Part shown: one piece after another, positions 1 to 9,232 of the stretch
Layout: every line of letters starts with the position of its first letter
How positions within the stretch are numbered: position 1 is the stretch's first letter
Assembly (NCBI GenBank): GCA_964436855.1
Contig: CAYTED010000005.1
Location: forward strand, 2,539 to 66,538
Direction: 5' to 3'
Source: an uncultured Bdellovibrionales bacterium
Lineage (GTDB): Bacteria; Patescibacteriota; Minisyncoccia; Moranbacterales; UBA1568
Length of the DNA stretch: 64,000 nt
Notes under the pieces: model-generated
What the model was told of the DNA's origin: nothing
The model's database searches: none
What the model saw: only the letters and a program-made list of their open reading frames with translations
Position numbers and translations under genes: made by a program

Positions 1-90
1 CGCTTTCCATAAATAATAAACAGCTGAGGATCACCAGATTCCCACCTCTCATTCAATGCCACCAATTCACTTATCCGATTGATGAATTTC
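1..90 (-). CDS. hypothetical protein, N-terminal fragment (gene continues past the window start)
   Basis: ATG at 90 on the minus strand opens a frame that reads MKFINRISELVALNERWESGDPQLFIIYGK to the window edge. No recognisable motif. Confidence 0.25.
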
Positions 91-136
91 ATACTCGTAA
101 TTATATTAAATAGTTTTTATAGAGATACTTTTCAAC

Positions 137-171
137 AGTATACTTACGATTAGTATACTCATGAGTATACT
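137..171. promoter_or_regulatory. operator-like repeat: three copies of AGTATACT, including a perfect 20-bp palindrome at 152-171
   Basis: AGTATACT occurs at 137-144 and 152-159, and inverted at 164-171. The palindrome is agtatactca|tgagtatact. It lies in an AT-rich intergenic region. Confidence 0.35.
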
Positions 172-363
172 ATATGTCAATATCTCTATTCATACCTCAT
201 TTGAGCCAAAATACTGCTTACCTACGGATCCGTTTTTTCTTGCTTTTTCGACGGTTTTTTTCTATAATAGAGGTACTTATTTCACGTATGTTTTCCAAAA
301 AATCATTCACCTCAATATCACTATACGGAATGCTTTTTTCGCATGTTTTTGCCGTTTTTGCAT

Positions 364-413
364 TGACAAACTGTACATTCATGGATATATTGCCTATAGG
401 CAATATATCCATG
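364..413 (+). promoter_or_regulatory. sigma70-like promoter (TTGACA, 16-17 nt spacer, TATATT) overlapping a perfect 34-bp palindrome
   Basis: TTGACA at 364-369; TATATT/ATATTG at 386-392. Palindrome catggatatattgccta|taggcaatatatccatg spans 380-413. Confidence 0.35.
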
Positions 414-533
414 AAATAACGTACAATAGCATATTTATGAATATACAAGGATCTAACGGTCTTTTTTGTTTATATCCTTTCACTCCCCCGAGTATACCAA
501 AAACCTGCAGAAAAAATATTCTCCGTCAATATG

Positions 534-564
534 AAAAAAACAGTGGGCTTGCCACTGTTTTCTT
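534..564 (-). terminator. rho-independent terminator downstream of pepA
   Basis: Hairpin cagtgg-gcttg-ccactg at 541-557. It is flanked by A7 at 534-540 (a U-run on the minus-strand RNA) and TTTT at 558-561. Confidence 0.55.
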
Positions 565-570
565 ATCCCT

Positions 571-1956
571 CTATCGAGATTCGATCAGCCTCACAAGAAG
601 CCTCACCGGAGCACCGACAGCGCCTTTGGCCAAGTGCTCCCCCTCGATCGCCGTCATGCGCGGCGCGATGTCGAGATGCACCCACGGATACCCTTCGGCA
701 AACTGCTTGAGAAACGCAGCCGCGGTGATCGCACCACCCCATCGATCTTTTCCGGTATTGCTCCAGTCACCAAAAGTGCCTTTGATATCTTCATCGTATT
801 CCTCCCAGAGCGGAAGCGGCCAAACGTAGTCTCCTGATTGTTCGCCAAGTTCTCGGAATTCTTGTTCGAGTTTTTCGTCCGTCGTAAAAAGCGCGCTCGC
901 CCGCTCGCCAAGCGCGACAACCGCAGCGCCGGTCAGTGTCGCCACGTCGACAACAAGCGACGGTTTGTATTTCTTCGCATATGTAAGAGCATCCGCAAGG
1001 ATAATGCGTCCTTCTGCATCCGTATTGTCGACCTGAATTGTTTTCCCCGACATCGATCGGAGAATATCACCCGGTCGATACGCCGACCCGGACGGCATAT
1101 TTTCGACTGCAGGGACAAGCGCAATAATATTTTTCTTGATCCTTAATTTCGCCGCCGCCGCAAGCGCGTGCATAACTGCCGCGCCGCCCGACATATCCAT
1201 ATTCATCCCGAGGATCGACTGTTCGGGTTTCAAATTGATTCCGCCCGTATCGAAGGTTACGCCTTTGCCAACAAGAACAATCGGATCAGCATTCTTGTTC
1301 GCGGCGCCAAAATATTCGAGAATAATAAATTTCGGTTTATCGTCCGATCCCTTTCCGACACCGAGGACACCGCCCATTCCGAGTTTTTCCATTTCTTTCA
1401 TGTCGAGGATTTTCACCTTCACACCCGGAATGGACTTCGCGATTTTTTTCGCCTCTTCGGCAAGCGTCGATGGTGTCACATCGCCTCCCGGAAGATTGGC
1501 AATTCTCCGACACGCATTCACTTCTTTCCCAATAACCATCCCCCGCTTTACGCCTTCCGCAAATTCTTTCGATGCGTGTTCGATAATACATTCTTTCACT
1601 TCCGGAAAACCTTCTTGTGGTTTGGTCAGGTGCTCGGTAAAAGAATGCGCCGCCATCAAAGTATTGACCGCGACCAGTTCGCCGAGTTCACGCTCGGAGA
1701 TCTTGATATTTGGAAAAGTGAATAATGTCGCATCGCACACAATCCGCTCAAAGCGCCTCGCTTTTGCCGTCGCGACGATTTTCCGCATAAAAAGAATAAG
1801 TTTGCGACGGTTTACTTTCTCTGGCTCGGCGACACCCATGGAAAGTTCTCTCGTGTCATTTGTCAGTTTCAAGACCTCATCGAATTTTTCCTCCGAACGC
1901 GACACTCGTACCAGTCCCTTTTTCTTCTCTCCTTTTGCGATCGCGGTGATATTCAT
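571..1956 (-). CDS. pepA: leucyl aminopeptidase (M17 family)
   Basis: M17 signature NTDAEGRIILADALTYA plus Mn/Zn-site motifs. Start moved to the internal ATG at 1956 (MNITAIAKG...); the ORF-track start is further upstream. Confidence 0.85.
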   Translation of the reverse strand: MNITAIAKGEKKKGLVRVSRSEEKFDEVLKLTNDTRELSMGVAEPEKVNRRKLILFMRKIVATAKARRFERIVCDATLFTFPNIKISERELGELVAVNTLMAAHSFTEHLTKPQEGFPEVKECIIEHASKEFAEGVKRGMVIGKEVNACRRIANLPGGDVTPSTLAEEAKKIAKSIPGVKVKILDMKEMEKLGMGGVLGVGKGSDDKPKFIILEYFGAANKNADPIVLVGKGVTFDTGGINLKPEQSILGMNMDMSGGAAVMHALAAAAKLRIKKNIIALVPAVENMPSGSAYRPGDILRSMSGKTIQVDNTDAEGRIILADALTYAKKYKPSLVVDVATLTGAAVVALGERASALFTTDEKLEQEFRELGEQSGDYVWPLPLWEEYDEDIKGTFGDWSNTGKDRWGGAITAAAFLKQFAEGYPWVHLDIAPRMTAIEGEHLAKGAVGAPVRLLVRLIESR

Positions 1957-2420
1957 ACCATTCTGCCATACAAAGTTAGTGAGGTATTGTATCAAAAAAG
2001 CAGAAAAGAAAAAAGACCTACCGGACTCCGCTTCGCGAAGTACTGATCGGCAGGCCGAAGGGCGCGTTGCGCCCAACCCCTCCTCACCCCTCCTTTTGGC
2101 GGGGCATTACGTTCCCATCAGGCGGATACCGCCGCCCGGCGCAAGTAATGCATTCTTGCTCCACCGGGAGTCAGCAATCCATCGCCCGAACAACTCCCCC
2201 TCATCACTGTCGGGATCTGCGACTAAATAGAAGGCGCTTACCAAACCGAAGAGGTAAACGTCTCGAAAAACGAAATCGCCAAACTGAAAATTCACCGGTG
2301 CTCCTTGTAATATTAAGTTACTCAAACAAAAAAACGGCCTATCGGACTATCGTCCTTTTTGGTCGCTATGATGCGCAACAACACACCACCAGAAGATCGT
2401 ACCACAAAGAAAATTCCGTG

Positions 2421-3680
2421 TCAATGATCCTCAAACCGGATATATGTTCTGTCTTTGAGTTTTTCGGGGAGATAGTCTTGCTTGGCGTCTTCTTTGTTTT
2501 TGAAATCCGGTGTGTATTTATAGTCTTTTCCATAGCCGATTTCTTTCATCAGTTTCGTCGGCGCATTGCGGAGATGAAGCGGGACGGGCTCATTGGGAAA
2601 TGCGACGATATCTTCTTTGACTTTCCCGTAGCCGACATACAGCGCATTGGATTTCTTGGACTTCGCGAGATAAACGACCGCTTGCGCGAGCGCGAGCTCA
2701 CACTCGGGCATACCGATATTTTTCGACGCCTCATACGCCGCGACCGCTTGCGGGAGTGCAAACGAATTCGCGAGTCCCACGTCTTCCGAAGCAAATCGGA
2801 TAAGCCGTCGCGCCACGTAGAGCGGGTCTTCCCCCGCCTCAAGCATCCGTCCAAGCCAATAGAGCGCGGCACTGGCATCTCCGCCACGCATGGATTTGTG
2901 CAGAGCGGAAATGATGTCATAGTGCCATTCGCCTTTCTTATCAAAAAGAAGATGCGAGCGCGCCATCACTTCTTCGATCAATGCGACAGAAATTTTCTTC
3001 GCACGCATCGAGCAAGCCTCGAGTGCCGAAAGTGCTTGCCTCGCATCGCCGCCAGACGCCTCGGCGAGAAATCCGAGCCCACTCTCTTCGACGGAAATTT
3101 TCTGCGATTTCAAAACTTCGTCTTCTTCGAGTGCTCGTTCGAGAAGTTTCATGATCGCCTCCGTCGGTAATTTTTCGAGTACGAGAACACGCGTCCGCGA
3201 CAGGAGTGCCGCGTTCACCGAAAAACTCGGATTTTCCGTCGTCGCACCGATCAGAATAACCGTCCCGTTTTCAACATACGGGAGAAGTGCGTCTTGCTGC
3301 GCCTTGTTCCACCGATGAATTTCATCGAGAAAGAGAAGGGTTGATCGTCCCTCCTTTCGATATTCTTTCGCTTGTTCCACCGTTTCTTGTAATATTTTTT
3401 TTCCGCTTTCGACCGCGGAGAGTTGAAAAAACGCCGCGTCGAGTTCGGACGCGATAATCCGCGCGAGCGTCGTCTTGCCGCTTCCCGGAGGACCCCAGAA
3501 AAGAAGTGAGGGGATCTGTTTTTCCGCAAGCGCACCACGGAGAAACGACCCCTCGCCGAATATTTTTTCCTGCCCGAAAAATTCGGCGATTGTTTTCGGT
3601 CGCATTCGTTCCGCAAGCGGTACGCGAGAAGCAGTGTGCGGTGTTGATGTTGACTTCATATGGTACACCTCAAGATTCAA
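2421..3680 (-). CDS. rarA: replication-associated recombination protein A (AAA+ ATPase)
   Basis: Walker [16 protein letters not shown], Walker [19 protein letters not shown], and a MgsA-type C-terminal domain. Confidence 0.85.
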   Translation of the reverse strand: MNLEVYHMKSTSTPHTASRVPLAERMRPKTIAEFFGQEKIFGEGSFLRGALAEKQIPSLLFWGPPGSGKTTLARIIASELDAAFFQLSAVESGKKILQETVEQAKEYRKEGRSTLLFLDEIHRWNKAQQDALLPYVENGTVILIGATTENPSFSVNAALLSRTRVLVLEKLPTEAIMKLLERALEEDEVLKSQKISVEESGLGFLAEASGGDARQALSALEACSMRAKKISVALIEEVMARSHLLFDKKGEWHYDIISALHKSMRGGDASAALYWLGRMLEAGEDPLYVARRLIRFASEDVGLANSFALPQAVAAYEASKNIGMPECELALAQAVVYLAKSKKSNALYVGYGKVKEDIVAFPNEPVPLHLRNAPTKLMKEIGYGKDYKYTPDFKNKEDAKQDYLPEKLKDRTYIRFEDH

Positions 3681-4255
3681 GTTCTCAAAATTTTCTGTTT
3701 TCCTTCACGCAGAATAGTTATATGATTTTCGAAGAGCGCGACTATGGTTGACGGTTCGCTCGCAAGCGTACCACCATTATGATAAAAATCAACTCTTCCG
3801 CCAAAATATCGTTTCGCTTGAGCAATTGTGTCCGCCGGTGGTGCACCTTGAGGATTGGCGCTGGGCGCAACAAGCGGACCGGTTCGGCGGAGCAGCGCCC
3901 GTAACCACAAAGGCTCGGGCACGCGAAAAGCAATCGTCTGCGTGCCGCGATGAAGGTACTCGTACGACGGTTCGCCACACGGCAACACAACACTTACCGC
4001 GCCGGGCCAATGTTGCCGAAAAAATTTTTCTTCCCAATCGGTTGTCCTGACGCCGAATTTCGACAATTCCGTGCTATCGGACAAAAGCACAATACACGGC
4101 TTCCCTATATCGCGTCCCCGCACGGTATAGACGCGCTCTACCGCTCGCGCATCCATCGCACGTGCGACAAGACCATAGAGCGTATCGGTTGGAAGAATAC
4201 CGATACCTCCTTTCTCAAGCAAAGAAATGATCGTTTCGTTCCGGTGTTTTTTCAC
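3677..4255 (-). CDS. tsaC: L-threonylcarbamoyladenylate synthase (YrdC/Sua5 family)
   Basis: LPTDTLYGL motif and YrdC-length protein. Overlaps rarA by 4 nt. Confidence 0.75.
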   Translation of the reverse strand: MKKHRNETIISLLEKGGIGILPTDTLYGLVARAMDARAVERVYTVRGRDIGKPCIVLLSDSTELSKFGVRTTDWEEKFFRQHWPGAVSVVLPCGEPSYEYLHRGTQTIAFRVPEPLWLRALLRRTGPLVAPSANPQGAPPADTIAQAKRYFGGRVDFYHNGGTLASEPSTIVALFENHITILREGKQKILRT

Positions 4256-4261
4256 GATGTT

Positions 4262-6853
4262 TTAGATACGCGTTGAAGATTTCTTCAGTACGCGTTTCAA
4301 GTATTTTCCCGTATGCGAATGCTCGTTCTTCGCGACTTGTTCCGGCGTGCCGTGCGCGACAATATGCCCACCACCGACACCGCCTTCGGGACCGATGTCA
4401 AGAATATAGTCCGCCGATTTCACCAGGTCCATATTGTGTTCGATCACGAGCACGGTATTTCCCTTGTCGACAAGCTTGTCGAGAATTTCAATAAGTTTTT
4501 TCACGTCTTCGTAGTGGAGGCCGATCGTCGGTTCATCGAGGAGATAGATTGTTCGCTCGATGTGCCGTCGGTAGAGCTCGCTTGAAATTTTCACGCGCTG
4601 CGCTTCGCCACCCGAGAGCGTCGTTGCCGACTGCCCAAGCTTCAGGTAGCCGAGCCCGACTTCGTTCAGCGTTTTTAATCGATCCGCGATCGCCGGAATA
4701 TCTTTGAAAAAAACATACGCTTCTTCGATTGTCATTTCGAGCACTTCGTGAATATTTTTGTGCTTGTACGTTACCTCGAGCGTTTCTTTCATAAATCGTT
4801 TGCCATCACAAACATCGCAGGGAACGTATACCGTCGGCAAGAAGTGCATCTCGACTGCGATAAATCCGTTTCCCTCGCACGTTTCACAGCGCCCACCCGG
4901 ACGATTAAACGAGAACCGCCCCGCGCGCCACCCGCGCACACGCGCTTCTTCGGTTGTCGCAAAGAGATCACGAATATGTCCGAATGCGCCCGTATAGGTT
5001 GCTGGATTTGATCGCGGCGTCCGGCCAATCGGCGACTGATCAATCAAGACCGCACGCGACAAATATTCCGTTCCGGTAAACGATGAACAGTGAAACACCT
5101 CATTCGACCGATATCGACGATCAAATCGCGCCTGCAGATTTTTGTGCACCACTTCGTAAAGAAAGGTGGATTTTCCCGAACCGGACACACCGGTAATCGC
5201 CACAAATCGACCGAGTGGAATATCGGCATTTTCATTTTTGAAGTTAAAGATATTCATATTGCGAACCCGAAGCGTTCCCTTGTCTTTGTCGCGTCGCGTC
5301 GCGGGCACTTCGACCGCTTCCTCGCCGCGCAGGTACGCGAGCGTGAGCGATCCCGATTCGTTTTTCTTTGCCGTCAGAAGCGGCTCCAAAAAATCTGCAG
5401 CCACGATATGTCCTCCGTGCACACCCGCGCCCGGTCCGATATCCACAAGATAATCCGATGAAAAAATCGTGTCCTCGTCGTGTTCGACCACGAGAATTGT
5501 ATTCCCGAGGTCGCGAAGATCTTTGAGTGTCGCGATGAGTCGGTCATTATCCCTTTGATGAAGGCCAATCGTCGGTTCGTCGAGTACGTAGAGCGCGCCG
5601 ACCAATCGCGAGCCAAGCTGCGACGCGAGCCGAATACGCTGCGCTTCACCTCCGGAAAGTGTGTTCGCCCGACGATCAAGCGCGAGATAATCAAGTCCGA
5701 CATTGAGGAGAAAATCGAGTCGGCTGCCGATTTCCTTTAATACAACGGCGACGATTTGTTTTTCCCGGTTCGTGAGTTCAACCGATGTGAAAAAGTTCAC
5801 CGCATCCGCAACCGTCATGGCGGAAAGTGCCACAATATTTTTCTTCCCCACCAACACATGCAATGCCTCCTCGCGAAGCCGTGATCCGTGACAGCTCTCG
5901 CACAGTTCCTCGCCGAAAAAGTGTTTCGTCCCGAGTCCGTTACAGGTCGGACACGCACCATATGGTGAGTTGAATGAAAACAATCTCGGCTCCACCTCCG
6001 GATACGAAAACCCATCATTCGGACATGAGAATTTCGACGAAAGAAGAAACGATTCGTTGCCAAATGAGACTCGAACAAGTCCATCGGATTCTTCGAGCGC
6101 GCGCTCTACGGACTCGCGCAACCGTTCCTCGCTCTCTTTTTCTTTCTTTGCAAGCGAAAGCGCGCCGATTTCATCCACCACGAGATCGATATCATGTTTT
6201 TTGTTTTTTGAAAGGAGAATTTTTTCACGGAGACTATGCCGCTCGCCATCAATCACAACCCGGTTAAATCCCTTGCCGAGCGCATCATAGAGGAGTTGAT
6301 AATATTCCCCTTTCCGTCCGCGCACCACTGGTGCAAGAATGGATACCTCTCCTTCCTTTGAAATTTTTTTCTTGTGAAGCGAAACATCCAGCCGTTCAAA
6401 CACGAGCCGTATCATTTCTTCAAGCGACAGTTTCTCGATTTCATTTCCACAGACGAAGCAATGCGGTCGGCCGATCCGCGCATAGAGCACACGGAGATAA
6501 TCGTAAATTTCCGTAATGGTTGCAACGGTCGAACGTGGATTCGATGAGCGGGATTTTTGATCAATCGAGATCGCTGGTGAAAGACCGGAAATTTCATCAA
6601 CATCCGGCTTCTGCATCGTATTCAAGAATTGCCGGGCATACGCGGACAGTGATTCCACGTACCGACGCTGCCCCTCGGCAAAAATCGTATCGAAGGCAAG
6701 CGAAGACTTCCCAGAACCCGAAAGTCCGGTAAAGACTACCATTTTCCCCCGTGGCATCGCGACCGTCACATTTTTCAAATTGTGCGTACGCGCCCCCTTA
6801 ACGGTAATCCAATCCGACGGGGACAAGTTGTCCGCCTTTTCTTTCTTTGCCAT
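4262..6853 (-). CDS. uvrA: excinuclease ABC subunit A
   Basis: Two ABC ATPase modules with GLSGSGKSS / GVSGSGKST Walker A motifs, LSGGEAQR signatures and zinc-finger CxxC motifs. Start at ATG 6853 (MAKKEKADNL...). Confidence 0.95.
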   Translation of the reverse strand: MAKKEKADNLSPSDWITVKGARTHNLKNVTVAMPRGKMVVFTGLSGSGKSSLAFDTIFAEGQRRYVESLSAYARQFLNTMQKPDVDEISGLSPAISIDQKSRSSNPRSTVATITEIYDYLRVLYARIGRPHCFVCGNEIEKLSLEEMIRLVFERLDVSLHKKKISKEGEVSILAPVVRGRKGEYYQLLYDALGKGFNRVVIDGERHSLREKILLSKNKKHDIDLVVDEIGALSLAKKEKESEERLRESVERALEESDGLVRVSFGNESFLLSSKFSCPNDGFSYPEVEPRLFSFNSPYGACPTCNGLGTKHFFGEELCESCHGSRLREEALHVLVGKKNIVALSAMTVADAVNFFTSVELTNREKQIVAVVLKEIGSRLDFLLNVGLDYLALDRRANTLSGGEAQRIRLASQLGSRLVGALYVLDEPTIGLHQRDNDRLIATLKDLRDLGNTILVVEHDEDTIFSSDYLVDIGPGAGVHGGHIVAADFLEPLLTAKKNESGSLTLAYLRGEEAVEVPATRRDKDKGTLRVRNMNIFNFKNENADIPLGRFVAITGVSGSGKSTFLYEVVHKNLQARFDRRYRSNEVFHCSSFTGTEYLSRAVLIDQSPIGRTPRSNPATYTGAFGHIRDLFATTEEARVRGWRAGRFSFNRPGGRCETCEGNGFIAVEMHFLPTVYVPCDVCDGKRFMKETLEVTYKHKNIHEVLEMTIEEAYVFFKDIPAIADRLKTLNEVGLGYLKLGQSATTLSGGEAQRVKISSELYRRHIERTIYLLDEPTIGLHYEDVKKLIEILDKLVDKGNTVLVIEHNMDLVKSADYILDIGPEGGVGGGHIVAHGTPEQVAKNEHSHTGKYLKRVLKKSSTRI

Positions 6854-6908
6854 AGAAACAGAATGATACCTTTTTTTCTCAAAAGGAGCAACCAGGAAAC
6901 ACCATTTT

Positions 6909-7616
6909 TCACCGAAGTCGCTCAAGTACAACGTACTCTTCCTTCCGTTCAGGATGAAAGGTGATCTCGACTATTTTTCCGTTCGCGCGCCTTTCGATAT
7001 CATCAATATTTTCAAACCAATCGAAGCTCGAAAAAAACTCCGAGGTTTTAAAAGATTTTCTTTCCGAAAGAAAGTGTCCGATATTTTTTTTCCAGAGAAT
7101 CTTCAATATTTTTCCAACCAAGGATTCCGGATCTCCGGTCAAAATACCTTTCTCTCCGAAACGGACGTATGGTATTCCATACGACATCGCAAGAGTGGTA
7201 TAGACCCGAAAAAAAGTCGGAAAATAATGAATATGTTCGTGTGAGTTGAGTCCATCCGGAAACCGACCAAACATTTCTCGAAAGAGTTCGATTTGCCGTC
7301 TCCACTCGTTTGTTACTTTTTTTGTCGTTACAAAGCCGAAGATATATCGAATAAAAAACTTTACGCCACGAAAAATCGGACTTTCTTTCTCCTTTTCACC
7401 GCTTTTGATGAGGTGGATCAACTCGAGGTGAAGATCAATCGAGACACCATTCACCAACAGCAAATCCTCTACTTCTTTTCGGGAAACATAATTAATGAGC
7501 ACGGATACCCGATTGAGTTTCCCCGCTTTCGCCAAACGAAGAATCGGCTCCGATGTTTTTCGGATCCCGTAATCGTCCGCGCTCACGACAATATTGTCAT
7601 TCAGGACTTTCGACAT
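6909..7616 (-). CDS. YdjC/ChbG/HpnK-family carbohydrate deacetylase-like protein
   Basis: N-terminal IVVSADDYGIRK...NRVSVLIN resembles the YdjC fold signature. His-rich HEHIHYF motif. Confidence 0.5.
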   Translation of the reverse strand: MSKVLNDNIVVSADDYGIRKTSEPILRLAKAGKLNRVSVLINYVSRKEVEDLLLVNGVSIDLHLELIHLIKSGEKEKESPIFRGVKFFIRYIFGFVTTKKVTNEWRRQIELFREMFGRFPDGLNSHEHIHYFPTFFRVYTTLAMSYGIPYVRFGEKGILTGDPESLVGKILKILWKKNIGHFLSERKSFKTSEFFSSFDWFENIDDIERRANGKIVEITFHPERKEEYVVLERLR

Positions 7617-7930
7617 ACTTTTTCACCTCTCAAGGAAACACCTTCCAACTTCAGTTTTTTCATTTTTATCATCGACCCCCCGGTATTGTATTCGCCAACG
7701 TATCCATCCGAGCAAATCACCCGATGACAGGGAATATTCGGGTCGTGATTTTTCTTCATAAGTGTCCCGACCGCTCGTGCCGCTCCGGGAAACCCGGCGC
7801 GGCGTGCCACCTCGCCATAGCTCAATACCGATCCCCTCGGAATCTCCGAGACAACCCGAAGCACACTTTTTTCAAACAGTGTCGATTTTCCCATTTTTTC
7901 TCTATTCTTGTTTTTCCCTGAAACAGACAA
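7601..7930 (-). CDS. ogt: methylated-DNA-protein-cysteine methyltransferase, minimal C-terminal domain only
   Basis: Active-site PCHRVI motif with the cysteine retained; helix-turn-helix YGEVA. Only 109 aa. Confidence 0.7.
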   Translation of the reverse strand: MSVSGKNKNREKMGKSTLFEKSVLRVVSEIPRGSVLSYGEVARRAGFPGAARAVGTLMKKNHDPNIPCHRVICSDGYVGEYNTGGSMIKMKKLKLEGVSLRGEKVCRKS

Positions 7931-7971
7931 ACCCCGGGCGAATACCCGAGGTTTTTCTGATATTGCGTCGA

Positions 7972-8841
7972 TTACTCGTTCGTTGCCGATTCGGTTGTTT
8001 CGGACGTCGTTCCAAACGCTTTTTTCAAATCGACACGCGCCGATTCCATCGTTTTTTGAAATTCATCCATCGCCGCTTTGATCACTGTTCGTTTCGTTTC
8101 GGCAAGCGATTTCACCGTCGCACCGACTTTCTCCATATCCTTCCGATCGCTCGTTAACTTCTCTCGCGCAAGTTGCATGCTCGATCGAAACGATACCCGA
8201 ACGTCTTCTGGAGATTTCCCGCTATCGCACAGAGATTTCGCACTCGATATCGCCGAATTCACCGCTGTTTTGAATGCAGATACCGCCGAGCCCATCGAAT
8301 CCTTTCGCTTCGATACTGCCGAATCCACACCCTTTCGAAACTCTTCGATCGCCGCATCCACCGATTCGCGACGCTTTTCGACCGCTGTTTCCACGGTTTC
8401 CTCAAATTTTTTCACTGCCTCTTTCTGTTCATCGGTTTTCGCGCGTTCTTCCAATTTTGAATACATTTCTTCACGCTTCGCGTCCTGTTCGGTCCGATTC
8501 TCGGAGAGTTTCGTGCTCCGCTCATCGCGCTTTGTTTCAAATTTTTCCACACGATTTTCCTTCCAATCGGAAAATTTCGATTCTCGATCACTCATTCGTT
8601 CAGTCATCTTTGACATTAAATCGGAAAACCGACTGCAAAACATTCCTTGACGCGCCTCTTGTCGCTCTTCTTTTGCGGCAGTTCGTTCTTCCATTCTCGC
8701 TTCACGGGCGGCCTGTATTTCGGCCTGTTTTGCCGCGCGTTCTTCCGGCGTGAACGCAAAAACAACATTTGCGGAAAGAAAAACTCCCACTCCGAAAAAC
8801 ACAAGCGTGTTAATAGTTTGTTTCTTCATATACTGTTCCAA
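7972..8841 (-). CDS. secreted coiled-coil protein (hypothetical)
   Basis: N-terminal signal or TM segment FFGVGVFLSANVVFA, followed by about 250 aa of E/K/R/A-rich heptad-like sequence. Confidence 0.5.
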   Translation of the reverse strand: MEQYMKKQTINTLVFFGVGVFLSANVVFAFTPEERAAKQAEIQAAREARMEERTAAKEERQEARQGMFCSRFSDLMSKMTERMSDRESKFSDWKENRVEKFETKRDERSTKLSENRTEQDAKREEMYSKLEERAKTDEQKEAVKKFEETVETAVEKRRESVDAAIEEFRKGVDSAVSKRKDSMGSAVSAFKTAVNSAISSAKSLCDSGKSPEDVRVSFRSSMQLAREKLTSDRKDMEKVGATVKSLAETKRTVIKAAMDEFQKTMESARVDLKKAFGTTSETTESATNE

Positions 8842-9160
8842 AGTCGCTTACCGAGTCCTCTTCCGATTGAATACTATTTGTCTCGCCAAGCTCCTCATCA
8901 TTTAACGTTGAATTATCGAGATCCGCTTCTTTTGAAATTTCATCCACGACCGCATCCGGCGTATCCGGAGTTGTTTTTTTCTGATCGCCCATCGATGTCT
9001 GCCCTGTTTTTTTCTCCGAAATCGTCTGCGGCACAATATTTTTCACCGTCGCCGGTACCGGCGTTCGCGATACGACAGACATTTGACGATACACGAGTAC
9101 ACCAAGCGCGAGAATCACGACAAGCGCGACTCCGACGATAACCCCTTGTTTTCCTGTCAT
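8810..9160 (-). CDS. small membrane-anchored acidic protein (hypothetical)
   Basis: Single N-terminal TM helix VIVGVALVVILALGVLVY, then an acidic and T/S-rich tail. Co-oriented between uvrB and the coiled-coil gene. Confidence 0.4.
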   Translation of the reverse strand: MTGKQGVIVGVALVVILALGVLVYRQMSVVSRTPVPATVKNIVPQTISEKKTGQTSMGDQKKTTPDTPDAVVDEISKEADLDNSTLNDEELGETNSIQSEEDSVSDFGTVYEETNY

Positions 9161-9232
9161 AAAATAAATGTATATTTGATTTTAGTACGAGAGGCACGAC
9201 CGATACCCCTCTCATAAGACACTTCTAGTATA

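Noticed and set aside
1136-3170. Long plus-strand ORFs 1136-2230 (364 aa) and 2067-3170 (367 aa)
   Set aside because: They lie antisense to pepA and rarA. Both are low-complexity (P/S/R-rich) with no motifs, which is typical of shadow ORFs.
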